Below, in pieces: positions 8,139 to 16,646 of a DNA stretch of 32,000 bases. The DNA lies in the NCBI RefSeq assembly GCF_017876815.1, contig NZ_JAGIOS010000001.1:2520001-2552000 (forward strand), read 5' to 3'. The DNA comes from Sinorhizobium meliloti (GTDB lineage Bacteria > Pseudomonadota > Alphaproteobacteria > Rhizobiales > Rhizobiaceae). Positions within the stretch are counted from its first letter, which is position 1; every line of letters starts with the position of its first letter. Made by a program: the position numbers and the translations under genes. The notes under the pieces are model-generated. The model saw only the letters and a list, made by a program, of their open reading frames with translations. It made no database searches and was not told where the DNA came from.

Positions 8139-8513
8139 TCAGCCGCCCTTGTAGAGTTCACGCTTGCGCTCGGCGATGGCGCTGTGGAATCGCCGCTGCA
8201 TGTCGCGCGCCGCCTCGGTCGGATTGCTCGCGACATAATCAGCGACCGCCGGGATCGCCGCTTCGAGGCCATCGAGGATGATGTCGCGCTCGGAAACGAA
8301 ATTCAGGAAGTAGGGACCGGGTGGTGGCAAATCCGATTGCGGCGCCGGTATGATCTCGCGCCCGCGTTCCTTGCCGTTCGGCTTGTCTTTCATGCCGTTG
8401 GCAACTTCGGCCACTCGACCAGCATTGATGCCGAAGAGCGCGGCGATATGGTGCTGGTCGTCGCCGCGGCGCAACATGCCTTTCATGAGGCCGATCTGAT
8501 AATCGCTAAGCAT
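8139..8513 (-). CDS. Hypothetical protein with an N-terminal HTH-like segment
   Basis: 124 aa. LSDYQIGLMKGMLRRGDDQHHIAALFGINAGRVAEV looks like a helix-turn-helix. Overlaps the upstream ORF by 8 nt. Confidence 0.55.
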   Translation of the reverse strand: MLSDYQIGLMKGMLRRGDDQHHIAALFGINAGRVAEVANGMKDKPNGKERGREIIPAPQSDLPPPGPYFLNFVSERDIILDGLEAAIPAVADYVASNPTEAARDMQRRFHSAIAERKRELYKGG

Positions 8514-8763
8514 GGCGGAGCCTCCGCCGCACCGGCTTCACCGGCTGACGGTCGAACGGCTCGTGTCTGCCGCGCCAGCAGAGCGCGTGGTGGTAGGGAC
8601 AGAAGGTCTTGCCGAGCGCCGTAGGCAGCCCGCAGAACAGATGTTTTCCCGGCACGTTCGCCGCGACGATGGGATAGCGGCATTGCAATTCAGAGACCTT
8701 GAACAGCGGCACGAGGCGGGGCGCGGCGGGTAATCCGGCGGCGATCTGTGCTTCGTGTCTCAT
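8506..8763 (-). CDS. Small GcrA C-terminal-domain-like protein
   Basis: LQCRYPIVAANVPGKHLFCGLPTALGKTFCPYHHALCW fits the GcrA C-terminal pattern C-x-W/Y-P...F-C-G...Y/F-C-x-x-H. The GcrA N-terminal DNA-binding domain is absent. Confidence 0.55.
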   Translation of the reverse strand: MRHEAQIAAGLPAAPRLVPLFKVSELQCRYPIVAANVPGKHLFCGLPTALGKTFCPYHHALCWRGRHEPFDRQPVKPVRRRLRHA

Positions 8764-8825
8764 GACGGTCTTCCCCAAAGGTGGATGGGCGGTCAGCCGT
8801 CATCGTGGCGGGAGGCCGTCAGGCG

Positions 8826-9050
8826 TCAGCGGGCTTCATCTGGGGCGGGCAGAAAAATATCGGGGCGCAGGACATAGCGCGGGATGCCCGTAATCTTTTC
8901 GTAACGGTCGAGTTTCTCAGCGGGAATCTTGCGCTTGCCGGATTCGTAGCGCGACACCTGCGCCTCCGTGACGCCGAGCCGACCGGCGACCGCCTGCAAG
9001 CTCCGTTGGCCTTCGGGAAGGCCCTCCCGCCATTTTTTCAAAGGATGCAT
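8826..9050 (-). CDS. Cro-like XRE-family HTH regulator
   Basis: 74 aa. LQAVAGRLGVTEAQVSRYESGKRKIP is a classic XRE HTH. First gene of the minus-strand operon, divergent from the cI-like gene. Confidence 0.8.
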   Translation of the reverse strand: MHPLKKWREGLPEGQRSLQAVAGRLGVTEAQVSRYESGKRKIPAEKLDRYEKITGIPRYVLRPDIFLPAPDEAR

Positions 9051-9179
9051 GCGGCCAACTTACCTCATAGGCACAAGCGGCGGCAATAAAATTCTTTAAC
9101 AGACGTGTTGCAGAATATGGCGCGAATGTGAAATCTAGGAATGTTGCACATGAATGCTGAAGAGAAGGGACAGACAGCC
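9051..9179. promoter_or_regulatory. Divergent promoter/operator region of the prophage immunity switch
   Basis: 129-bp, relatively AT-rich spacer between the divergent cro-like and cI-like HTH genes. Called from position only; operators are not resolved. Confidence 0.5.
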
Positions 9180-9563
9180 ATGAAGGCAAAGTCTCCAACC
9201 GGCCCCGTTTACTTCAAGGAATGGCGCATCCACGCAGGTTATTCGCAGGAGGAACTAGCGCTCATTCTCAACGTCAACGCCGCGACGGTATCCAGAATCG
9301 AAACACAAAAACGCGATTTTGTCGGGTCTTATCTGTTCAGATTCGCGAAAGCCTGCAATTGCCCCAGCCCCGGCGATCCGGTTGGCCGCCCCCCGTCGCA
9401 GATATCCATCGATGCCTTGTTTCGAGGCAACGCCGAGGATCGCAGGCGCGCCGAAGAGATCCTGACTGCCGCGATCCGCTCCTCGTTATGGTCTTCCGAC
9501 GAGTCGTCGCTATGGAAGAATGACGGCAAGGGCGGCGAGGACGGGAACGACAAGCCAAGCTGA
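9180..9563 (+). CDS. cI-like XRE-family repressor without a peptidase S24 domain
   Basis: FKEWRIHAGYSQEELALILNVNAATVSRIETQKRDF is an XRE HTH. Start at 9180 is preferred (RBS-like GAGAAGGGA upstream); the track ORF starts at 9141. No Ala-Gly/Ser-Lys autocleavage module is visible. Confidence 0.75.
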   Translation: MKAKSPTGPVYFKEWRIHAGYSQEELALILNVNAATVSRIETQKRDFVGSYLFRFAKACNCPSPGDPVGRPPSQISIDALFRGNAEDRRRAEEILTAAIRSSLWSSDESSLWKNDGKGGEDGNDKPS

Positions 9564-9704
9564 TTCGGCTTGTCAACCTTGCCTCCTAGGTATATCGTCA
9601 ATTTCCATATCGAATCTTCTTAATTACCACTTGCTGTTGCGTTTTGATCGCCCGCCGAATTTCGACGGGCGAATGGCTCTTTCATCGCGGGGAGGAAACT
9701 TGCG

Positions 9705-10013
9705 ATGTCGACTGAACGAGGGAGCCGAGCGTTGCGCGTGCGGCTGCGCGACGTACCGGAAGAATTTCGGGAAGATCTTCATTCTTTCATTGAAGATGGG
9801 ACATTGCCGTTAAAGAATGCCGTTTTGATGCAGATCCTTATCGGGCTCGACGTACTCGCGGCCCGTTCCCTGCACAATCGTCACCAGCATCTTTCAGCCA
9901 TCCTTGCTGCGCTCGCCTATGAATGTCCCGACCATGCATGGTCGTCGATTGGCGCGTGCATCCGGTGGGAGCGGCGCGGAGGCCTGTCGGGCTGTCGCCG
10001 TCAGCTGCAATGA
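9705..10013 (+). CDS. Hypothetical phage protein
   Basis: 102 aa. Good RBS (GGGGAGGAAACTTGCG before the ATG) and an ATGA overlap with the next gene. Confidence 0.5.
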   Translation: MSTERGSRALRVRLRDVPEEFREDLHSFIEDGTLPLKNAVLMQILIGLDVLAARSLHNRHQHLSAILAALAYECPDHAWSSIGACIRWERRGGLSGCRRQLQ

Positions 10014-10915
10014 TCGAACGTCGGGCAATCACAACCGTCCCGTTGTGGCTGGAATGGCGGCGGTCATTTCTCTGTGCCTCAGAGGTAGCCGCAGCCGTCG
10101 GCGTCGACGAGTATCGTTCGCCGTTGTCGCTCTACGCCGAAAAGCTGGGCTTAACCTCTGTCACCGAGACGCCGATCATGCGGCGCGGCAGGCACTTCGA
10201 GTCGGCGGCGGTTTCATACCTTGCGGAGGAGCACCACGACTGGCGCATCGCCCGCCCTCACGTCTTTGTCATGGACACCGAAAGGCGGCTTGCCTGTACC
10301 CCGGACGTGCTCGCCGAGGTGCCTGGAAAGGACGGCATCTGCAACGTCCAGATCAAGACGATCTCGGCACCGAAATTCGAGGAATGGCACGGTGTCCCGC
10401 CAGCGGGATACACGCTGCAGGTCGCGACCGAGAACATGCTGCTCGACGCCGCGCACGGCTATCTGGCAGTGCTGGCGGTGTCGACCTACGAGGCAAGCCT
10501 GCATCTTTTCGAGGTGCCGCGTCACGAAGCAGCGGAAAAAAAGATTGCCTCAGTGGCACAGGATTTCTGGCAAAACGTCGAGGCGGGCCGATTGCCGAAA
10601 CCGGACTATCGCCTCGACGTCGACGTGATCGCCGAAATGCATCCGCAGGCGAAGAAAGGCGAGACCATCGATCTTTCCGGTGACAACCGGCTGGCGGAGA
10701 TCCTGCCATACCGGCGGCACCTGAAAGAGCGCCAGAAGGCGGTGGCCGACGAGTTGTCGGCGCTCGACGCCGAGATCCGCGACAAGATCGGTGACGTCGA
10801 GGAAGCCGAGTTTCCCGGCTGGCGGATCACCTACCGAAACCAGACGCGCAAGAGCTACACCGTGCCGGAATGGTCAGGGCGCAAGCTCAACATTTCCGAA
10901 AGGGGCAGGGAATGA
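10010..10915 (+). CDS. YqaJ-type (lambda-Exo-like) recombination exonuclease
   Basis: CASEVAAAVGVDEYRSPLSLYAEKLG (YqaJ N-terminal signature), TPDVLAEV...NVQIKT (D...Q/E-x-K catalytic pattern), and a coiled-coil tail. Confidence 0.8.
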   Translation: MIERRAITTVPLWLEWRRSFLCASEVAAAVGVDEYRSPLSLYAEKLGLTSVTETPIMRRGRHFESAAVSYLAEEHHDWRIARPHVFVMDTERRLACTPDVLAEVPGKDGICNVQIKTISAPKFEEWHGVPPAGYTLQVATENMLLDAAHGYLAVLAVSTYEASLHLFEVPRHEAAEKKIASVAQDFWQNVEAGRLPKPDYRLDVDVIAEMHPQAKKGETIDLSGDNRLAEILPYRRHLKERQKAVADELSALDAEIRDKIGDVEEAEFPGWRITYRNQTRKSYTVPEWSGRKLNISERGRE

Positions 10916-11466
10916 CGCCGAGGATCTATCAGGTGGAGGAGGGCGCTGGCGGCATTTCCCGCGAGGCGCTGCACGAAAAAGCGGTGGCCTTCGTCGAGGA
11001 GCGTTATCCGAGAACCGGCGACGTGCCGTTCCTGTGGATCATCGACGACGGCGAGGCGCTGGTCTGGATCGAGACCGGCTGGGAAAGTGAAGCCGAGAAG
11101 CTCCTGTCCTATGACGCCATTGCGTTGGCGCTGATGATTTCCGAGGCGCGGCAATACGCGTCGATCGTCGAAGTCTGGATGGCGTCGCAGAAGCCCGCCG
11201 CCGACGGCTCCTTCGACCACGACGAACCGCTGCCATCGGAACGGCCCGAAAACGAGCGCGACGACGCAGTGATGATTTCCACCTTCGAGCGCAACGGCGC
11301 GTTCAGCCTGACGACGTTCATTGCCAAGCAACAATCGAAGCTGCTGGGCGCGCGGGTGGATGACGAAAGTTCCGGCCTCGGCCAATGGTCGGGTCGGATG
11401 TTCAACCTGTTCTCGCACGGCAGGAAGCTCGCAGTGGCGCTGGTCTCCAAGGAGAGGAGCGCCTGA
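10912..11466 (+). CDS. Hypothetical phage protein
   Basis: 184 aa from the MTPRIYQ start, which overlaps the exonuclease stop (ATGA). No motif recognised. Confidence 0.5.
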   Translation: MTPRIYQVEEGAGGISREALHEKAVAFVEERYPRTGDVPFLWIIDDGEALVWIETGWESEAEKLLSYDAIALALMISEARQYASIVEVWMASQKPAADGSFDHDEPLPSERPENERDDAVMISTFERNGAFSLTTFIAKQQSKLLGARVDDESSGLGQWSGRMFNLFSHGRKLAVALVSKERSA

Positions 11467-11936
11467 TGATGGACCTCCCGCAACATCAACGCCTCTGGCA
11501 TATCCTGATCGACTGCACCCGGCAGTACCGCGTGCACGAACGCGAGATCCGCGAAGAGGACATTGGCGGCGTCGTGCATGTCATCACTTACGAGCCGCTG
11601 GCGCATGCACGTGAAGCGCCGGAAACCGAAACCGTCGTCGATTGCGTGTTGCTGAAGATCGGCGTCGACAGACCGAAGGCCGAAAGCTACCGCGACGAAT
11701 TCGCAAGCCTGATGAAACCGCTTGGCCGGCTGCTTGAACAAGGCCCGTCCTACATCACGCTCGGAGCCGAGATCGGTGATCAAGGTGCGGCCTTCTGCCT
11801 GATGGCGCTCGGCCAGGTGCTCGGCCTGTGGCGGGTAATAACCCCGGTTGATCTCGGCATTACCGGCGCAAAGGCCATGGATGCCGCTGGCCTCGGCTAC
11901 GTCATGCTCACCGGTTACAAGGAGGAAGTCTCATGA
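11466..11936 (+). CDS. Hypothetical phage protein
   Basis: 156 aa from MMDLPQ. The start abuts the upstream stop (TGATG) and the gene is coupled to the next one. Confidence 0.5.
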   Translation: MMDLPQHQRLWHILIDCTRQYRVHEREIREEDIGGVVHVITYEPLAHAREAPETETVVDCVLLKIGVDRPKAESYRDEFASLMKPLGRLLEQGPSYITLGAEIGDQGAAFCLMALGQVLGLWRVITPVDLGITGAKAMDAAGLGYVMLTGYKEEVS

Positions 11937-13039
11937 CCGTGGAAGAAAACCGTGAGGGACGCCGCTCGGCGCTCGATGAATTCGCGGCGGCGCAAATCAC
12001 CGGGCCGACGAGTTTTCTGCCAGCGGCCCAAACGCAGTCGTTCGAAGTCGTCTCGGCGCAGGCGGTGGCCGTGCATCGCGACGAAGGGCTGGTGCTCACC
12101 CGGCTGCGCACATTGGCGCAGGCCGCAGGCACCGACTGGTACTATCGCTTTCCGGTGAAGAACCGCAAAGAGAACCGCACCGACTGGATCGAAGGCCCGT
12201 CGATCAAGCTCGCCAACGATCTTTCCAGACTTTATGGCAACTGCGCCGTCGATTGCCGCGCGCAGGATTTTGGCGATTTCTGGCTGTTCCATGCCCGCTT
12301 CGTCGATCTCGAAACCGGCTTTTCGCTCATTCGCCCGTTCCAGCAGCGCAAATCCGGCGGCAAGATCGGCGGCTCAGATGACGAGCGGCGGCTGGACATC
12401 GCCTTCCAGATCGGCGCAAGCAAAGCGATCCGAAACGTCGTCGTCAATGCCTTGCAGACGTTTTCCGATTTCGCCTTCGAGGAAGCCAAGGGCGCGCTGA
12501 TCGACCGCATCGGCAAGGATCTCGACGGTTACCGTCAACGCACCATCGAGCGGGTCGCCGCCCATGTCGACATCGAACGCGTCGAACGGGTGATCGGCAG
12601 GCCGCGTCAGGACTGGTTGGCGACCGACGTCGCCAAGATCATCGCCATGGCCAAGGCGGTCACCGACGGCATGGCGACATGGAACGAAACCTTCCCGCCG
12701 CTTCAGGGCGCGGACAATGAGACCGGCGAAGTCGAGACGAGCGCTGCTGTCAGTAAAACGCTTGAAACCTTCGCCGCAGGTTCCGGCACGGATCAAATCG
12801 CGGATCCGCAGGAGGATGCCGGGGCCGAGACCTCCGCCAGCGGGACGCCCCCCCCAACGCTGGCGGAGGACATCTACGATACCATCACCCGCCGCATGGC
12901 CGCCGCGCCGTCGAGCGAGGCGGTGCATGCGGTATGGGAGCAGATGGAGCTGGACGCCTATTTCGACGGCGACAAGAAGGGCCGCGACAAGGCCTGGAAG
13001 ATCGCTTCGAAAAGGCTCGAGCAATTCAAGGGCAAATGA
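11933..13039 (+). CDS. Hypothetical phage protein; candidate single-strand annealing/recombination partner of the exonuclease (by position only)
   Basis: 368 aa. Conserved-looking core (WYYRFPV...IEGPSIKLANDLSRLYGN...IGASKAIRNVV) followed by an acidic, low-complexity tail. Sits in the recombination module two genes after YqaJ. Confidence 0.55.
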   Translation: MTVEENREGRRSALDEFAAAQITGPTSFLPAAQTQSFEVVSAQAVAVHRDEGLVLTRLRTLAQAAGTDWYYRFPVKNRKENRTDWIEGPSIKLANDLSRLYGNCAVDCRAQDFGDFWLFHARFVDLETGFSLIRPFQQRKSGGKIGGSDDERRLDIAFQIGASKAIRNVVVNALQTFSDFAFEEAKGALIDRIGKDLDGYRQRTIERVAAHVDIERVERVIGRPRQDWLATDVAKIIAMAKAVTDGMATWNETFPPLQGADNETGEVETSAAVSKTLETFAAGSGTDQIADPQEDAGAETSASGTPPPTLAEDIYDTITRRMAAAPSSEAVHAVWEQMELDAYFDGDKKGRDKAWKIASKRLEQFKGK

Positions 13040-13722
13040 AAATGACCGAGCCCCGCTTCAAGGATCTGCCGCCGCGCATCGCCAAGCTGCCGACCGACGA
13101 GCGCGGCTATCCGGTGCCGTACTTCGTCGAGTGGATCGACGGCAAGCCGGACTTCCGGGTGATGTCGTCGAAGAATCTCGCTCGCGCCGTCAAATACCGG
13201 CGCTGCTGGATCTGCGGCGAGGAACTGGGCCGGTTCCTCTGCTTCACCATCGGGCCGATGTGCGGCGTCAACCGGATTTCGTCGGAACCACCGTCGCATT
13301 ACGACTGTGCCCGCTTCGCGGTTTCGGCCTGCCCCTTCCTGACACGACCACTGGCCCGCCGCAACGACCGCAACTTGCCGACCGGCGCGACCATAACCGG
13401 GATCGGCATTGAGCGTAATCCCGGCGTCACGCTGTTGTGGGTGACGAAGCGCTACCGTGTGATGAACGAACCAGATGGTGTGTTGTTTCGGATCGGCGAG
13501 CCGGAGCGGGTGCAGTTCTTCCGCGAGGGCAGATTGGCGACGCGCGCCGAGGTCGACCATTCGATTGCGACCGGCATCTACAACCTCGACCGCTTGGCCA
13601 AGCGCGAAGGTGCGAAGGCGGTCAATGAACTGGAAAAGTGCAAGCAGCGGTTTTCGGCGCTGCTCGACCAGCTGCTGCCTGCTCAGGCTGCGGCTCTGAA
13701 AGGGAGGAGAGAAAATGCATAA
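13036..13722 (+). CDS. Hypothetical Cys-rich phage protein
   Basis: 228 aa from MKMTEPRF (ATGA overlap). CWICGE...C...C...HYDCARFAVSACPF suggests a metal-binding cluster. Confidence 0.55.
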   Translation: MKMTEPRFKDLPPRIAKLPTDERGYPVPYFVEWIDGKPDFRVMSSKNLARAVKYRRCWICGEELGRFLCFTIGPMCGVNRISSEPPSHYDCARFAVSACPFLTRPLARRNDRNLPTGATITGIGIERNPGVTLLWVTKRYRVMNEPDGVLFRIGEPERVQFFREGRLATRAEVDHSIATGIYNLDRLAKREGAKAVNELEKCKQRFSALLDQLLPAQAAALKGRRENA

Positions 13723-14194
13723 CGTCCGCTTCACCGAAAAGCAGATCCGCTTGCTCGATCTCGCCAGTTACATCGAGCGATTGCCGCCGGATCACCGTTT
13801 CGACATGGAATGCTGGCTGGACGACAGCTACAGGCCGTCCTGTATTGCCACATGGGCGTTGTGGCGGATGCTCGGCGATTTGCCGGAGGGAAGGAAGATC
13901 GATTGGCTTCGCTGCTGCCCGAGCCTTCCCGGAGCCGCCGGTCAATATCTCTGCGTCTATGGCGACGATCTGCGGCAGCTGTTCATGCCGCTCTGGGTCG
14001 CTATCGTGGATACGCCGCCGTCGCGGAGCACGTCCGAAGCCACAATCATTACCCGCCACAACATCTCGAAGGAATGGGCGGCGTCAACGCTGCGCCATCT
14101 GGCGGCGACCGGCAAGGTCGACTGGAAAGCGGCAGAGCGTGAGATGCGTCCTGCTACCAGGCTGCTTGCGTTTGCGGAAATGGTGACGGCATGA
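13715..14194 (+). CDS. Hypothetical phage protein
   Basis: 159-aa ORF overlapping both neighbours. Confidence 0.5.
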   Translation: MHNVRFTEKQIRLLDLASYIERLPPDHRFDMECWLDDSYRPSCIATWALWRMLGDLPEGRKIDWLRCCPSLPGAAGQYLCVYGDDLRQLFMPLWVAIVDTPPSRSTSEATIITRHNISKEWAASTLRHLAATGKVDWKAAEREMRPATRLLAFAEMVTA

Positions 14195-14517
14195 ACAAGC
14201 GACCGGAATGGGTAAAGGCGGTTCATGCAGACGCCTCCGAGACGATGCGCAAGGTCTCCGACTGGCTGCTAAATAAGGCAGAGGTGATCTCCGCCGAGGA
14301 AAGCAGCGTGAGCGATCATGGCGTGATCTATATCCCGATCATCGTCATGGCCGCAGTCCATAAGGGTTCGCTGATCGGCTCGCTTTGCCAGTTCGGAACC
14401 AAGAGTTCGAGCGATTCGGTGGCGCAGCTGTTGCGGTTCACCGCCGAGCATCTCGATGGCAAGGCCATCGACGGCCAATTCGTCGCCGAGCGGGGAATCA
14501 TCAAAAATGACTCGTGA
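14191..14517 (+). CDS. Hypothetical phage protein
   Basis: 108-aa ORF with an ATGA overlap upstream. Confidence 0.45.
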   Translation: MNKRPEWVKAVHADASETMRKVSDWLLNKAEVISAEESSVSDHGVIYIPIIVMAAVHKGSLIGSLCQFGTKSSSDSVAQLLRFTAEHLDGKAIDGQFVAERGIIKNDS

Positions 14518-14782
14518 CAGGCATAAACACACGCTCGGCGACGGCCCGATCCAGTCCGATCTTCGTCAAATGATGAACGGTCTGGCGCACGGTCTCGACG
14601 AGATCCTGAACGGCCACGGCAGCGGCAAGAAGAACGGCTTCGTGCTGATGGTGTTTCCGTTCACCGGTCATGACGGGCGCTGCAATTACATTTCCAATGC
14701 CCGTCGCGAGGACATCGTCGTGCTTCTGAAGGAGCAACTGGCCCGCTTCGAGGGCCAGCCGGACATGGAGGGAAAGGCATGA
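14507..14782 (+). CDS. Hypothetical phage protein
   Basis: 91 aa from MTRDRHK. Overlaps neighbours by 11 nt upstream and 4 nt downstream. Confidence 0.45.
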   Translation: MTRDRHKHTLGDGPIQSDLRQMMNGLAHGLDEILNGHGSGKKNGFVLMVFPFTGHDGRCNYISNARREDIVVLLKEQLARFEGQPDMEGKA

Positions 14783-15036
14783 ACGACGACGCGACAAAAC
14801 AGGCGCTGGAGCATCTGGCCAAGCAGGGATTGCTGGCGGTCGGCAAGGATGGCGTCGTCCAGCTGCGCCAGCCGAAGCAATACGTCTGGCAGCCGAAAAA
14901 GGACATCAAGCCTTATGAACTGGCCCGTGCCATCGAGGTGATGTTCATGCCGATCCTGCAACAGGGCGACTGCGACAGCGCCTTCGAAAAACTGCCGGAC
15001 GAGGCCAAGCGGCATTTCCAGGTGGTCGAACGATGA
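14779..15036 (+). CDS. Hypothetical phage protein
   Basis: 85-aa ORF with ATGA overlaps on both sides. Confidence 0.45.
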   Translation: MNDDATKQALEHLAKQGLLAVGKDGVVQLRQPKQYVWQPKKDIKPYELARAIEVMFMPILQQGDCDSAFEKLPDEAKRHFQVVER

Positions 15037-15410
15037 CCAGCGAGCAGAGTATTCCCTATCTGGCGATCTTTCCCGGCAGGCGCGAGGGTGAGCGTTGCGT
15101 CGCGCACCTGCCCGATTTTTCAAGCCCGCGCTTCTGGCCGCGGCTGCGGGAGGTGATCGAGGCGGTGGTCGGCGATTCCTGCGAGCACGTCAACGTCTAC
15201 TGGAATTTTCCGGGCGAGGAGCAATATTGCTACCGCGACTTGTTCGTTAACGAGCTGGGACACGTCCGCCGGTTACAGAGAAACGAACTGGCGACGGCGA
15301 TCTACCGCAACAATGTGCTTGTCCACGATCCGGCCCGCAATCCGATACCGGAGGCGCTGCCGTGGATCGCCGGTCCAGCGGTGTTGTTTCGCGAAAGGGT
15401 TTGGCATTGA
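15033..15410 (+). CDS. Hypothetical phage protein (possibly DUF3846-like)
   Basis: 125 aa. DLFVNELGHV...IAGPAVLF loosely resembles the DUF3846 pattern. That resemblance is from memory only. Confidence 0.45.
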   Translation: MTSEQSIPYLAIFPGRREGERCVAHLPDFSSPRFWPRLREVIEAVVGDSCEHVNVYWNFPGEEQYCYRDLFVNELGHVRRLQRNELATAIYRNNVLVHDPARNPIPEALPWIAGPAVLFRERVWH

Positions 15411-15682
15411 CCGATGACCCGCGCGTTTTGCTGATCGAAAAGATAAAGGCGCAGATCTGGCCTTTGATCGAAGGTCATGGCCCGGAGATTCAGAGCGCGA
15501 TCATCGCCGACATGCTGGCGACGCTGCTGGCTGGCCACGCGCCGCCGATCAGGGAACAGGCGCTTGTTTCAATCATCGTTCTGACAAAACAGCTTATCCC
15601 GATCAACGAGGTGCTGCTGTTTCATGGGAGAGGCCACCCATACAGTTGGCCGGAGGAGACGAACGATGGAGAAAAACTTTGA
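15407..15682 (+). CDS. Hypothetical phage protein (TTG start)
   Basis: A TTGA overlap with the upstream stop suggests TTG at 15407. 91 aa. Confidence 0.4.
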   Translation: MTDDPRVLLIEKIKAQIWPLIEGHGPEIQSAIIADMLATLLAGHAPPIREQALVSIIVLTKQLIPINEVLLFHGRGHPYSWPEETNDGEKL

Positions 15683-15824
15683 TGACGCACTTATGGATTT
15701 GATCGATCAGTACATGCTTGTCGCCGAACAGAATAACGGCGACCTCGATGAATTGCGCGAGGATATTATCTCGGCGCTGGAACTGCGGCTGATCGCGTTG
15801 AGAGAAGAAATGAACAACGACTGA
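15666..15824 (+). CDS. Hypothetical small acidic phage protein
   Basis: 52 aa from MEKNFDD, with a GGAGGAG RBS about 8 nt upstream. Confidence 0.4.
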   Translation: MEKNFDDALMDLIDQYMLVAEQNNGDLDELREDIISALELRLIALREEMNND

Positions 15825-16051
15825 TGGCGACGATGAATTGGAGCGAGACCGACACGAGAACGATCGTCCAGGCGGTCACCGAATCGGATGATCCGGTGAT
15901 CGGGGCCTGCGCGGTGATCGGTGCGATGGTTGGTATCCTCGCTCACTACGAGGGCGACGATTTCGCGAGGCAGATGCTGAACGAAATCGTCGTCATGAAA
16001 TTTCCGCCGGACGCCGCCAATTCGAACTGCAAGAAGGATCGCATGTCGTGA
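15824..16051 (+). CDS. Hypothetical phage protein
   Basis: 75-aa ORF whose start abuts the upstream stop (TGATG). Confidence 0.4.
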   Translation: MATMNWSETDTRTIVQAVTESDDPVIGACAVIGAMVGILAHYEGDDFARQMLNEIVVMKFPPDAANSNCKKDRMS

Positions 16052-16302
16052 TCAAGGAGGGTGGTTCATTTGCCTATCCGCCGCGCGGCTTGAGCCGCGA
16101 GGAGGCTGCGCGATATGTTGGCGTCGGCACGACGTTGTTTGACGAGCTTGTTGCCGAAGGTGCGATGCCGAGGCCGAAGCGGCTGCACAATCGTGTCGTT
16201 TGGGATCGCGTTGAACTTGATATGGCTTTTTCGTCAGCGCCGCAGAATGGCGGCAGCGACATCCAGAGGGCGCTGGAACGCGCTCGGTCGCAGCGAAGAT
16301 AG
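16048..16302 (+). CDS. Excisionase / AlpA-like HTH DNA-binding protein (GTG start)
   Basis: LSREEAARYVGVGTTLFDELVAEGAMPRPKRLHNRVVWDRVELD matches the MerR-superfamily excisionase/AlpA pattern. Located just upstream of the integrase. Confidence 0.65.
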   Translation: MIKEGGSFAYPPRGLSREEAARYVGVGTTLFDELVAEGAMPRPKRLHNRVVWDRVELDMAFSSAPQNGGSDIQRALERARSQRR

Positions 16303-16367
16303 GACTTGCATTACTGCGCATGGTGCGCAATTGACATGAGCGTTGCAAACACCTGGAGAAAACGCTC

Positions 16368-16646
16368 TTGGCCCGGAAGAAGAATTCAGACGCGCCCGCC
16401 ATCTGGCGTGAATTTTCCAATTCCCTTGATGATCCCAAACATCTCGCCGAGATGGTGCGCGGCTGGCGTGCCTACTTGGATATCACTGCCGATTTTGCTG
16501 CTACTCTGCTCGGCATTTCGGTGCGCACGTTGAACGGCATCGAGCAAGGCAGGGGCTTTCGTTATCCGCTTATGCTCATGCAAGCCATGACTGCTATCGA
16601 TCACGATGTACAAAACCATCGTGCCTCGCACGGAGCCGCAAAATGA
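16368..16646 (+). CDS. Small HTH protein (XRE-like), TTG start
   Basis: ITADFAATLLGISVRTLNGIEQGRG is HTH-like. ATGA overlap with the integrase start. Confidence 0.5.
   Translation: MARKKNSDAPAIWREFSNSLDDPKHLAEMVRGWRAYLDITADFAATLLGISVRTLNGIEQGRGFRYPLMLMQAMTAIDHDVQNHRASHGAAK

Noticed and set aside
9106-9148. TGTTGCA at 9106-9112 and 9142-9148, considered as repressor operator half-sites
   Set aside because: There are only two 7-mers with no dyad symmetry that I can verify. That is not enough to call operators, so only the whole spacer is flagged as the regulatory region.
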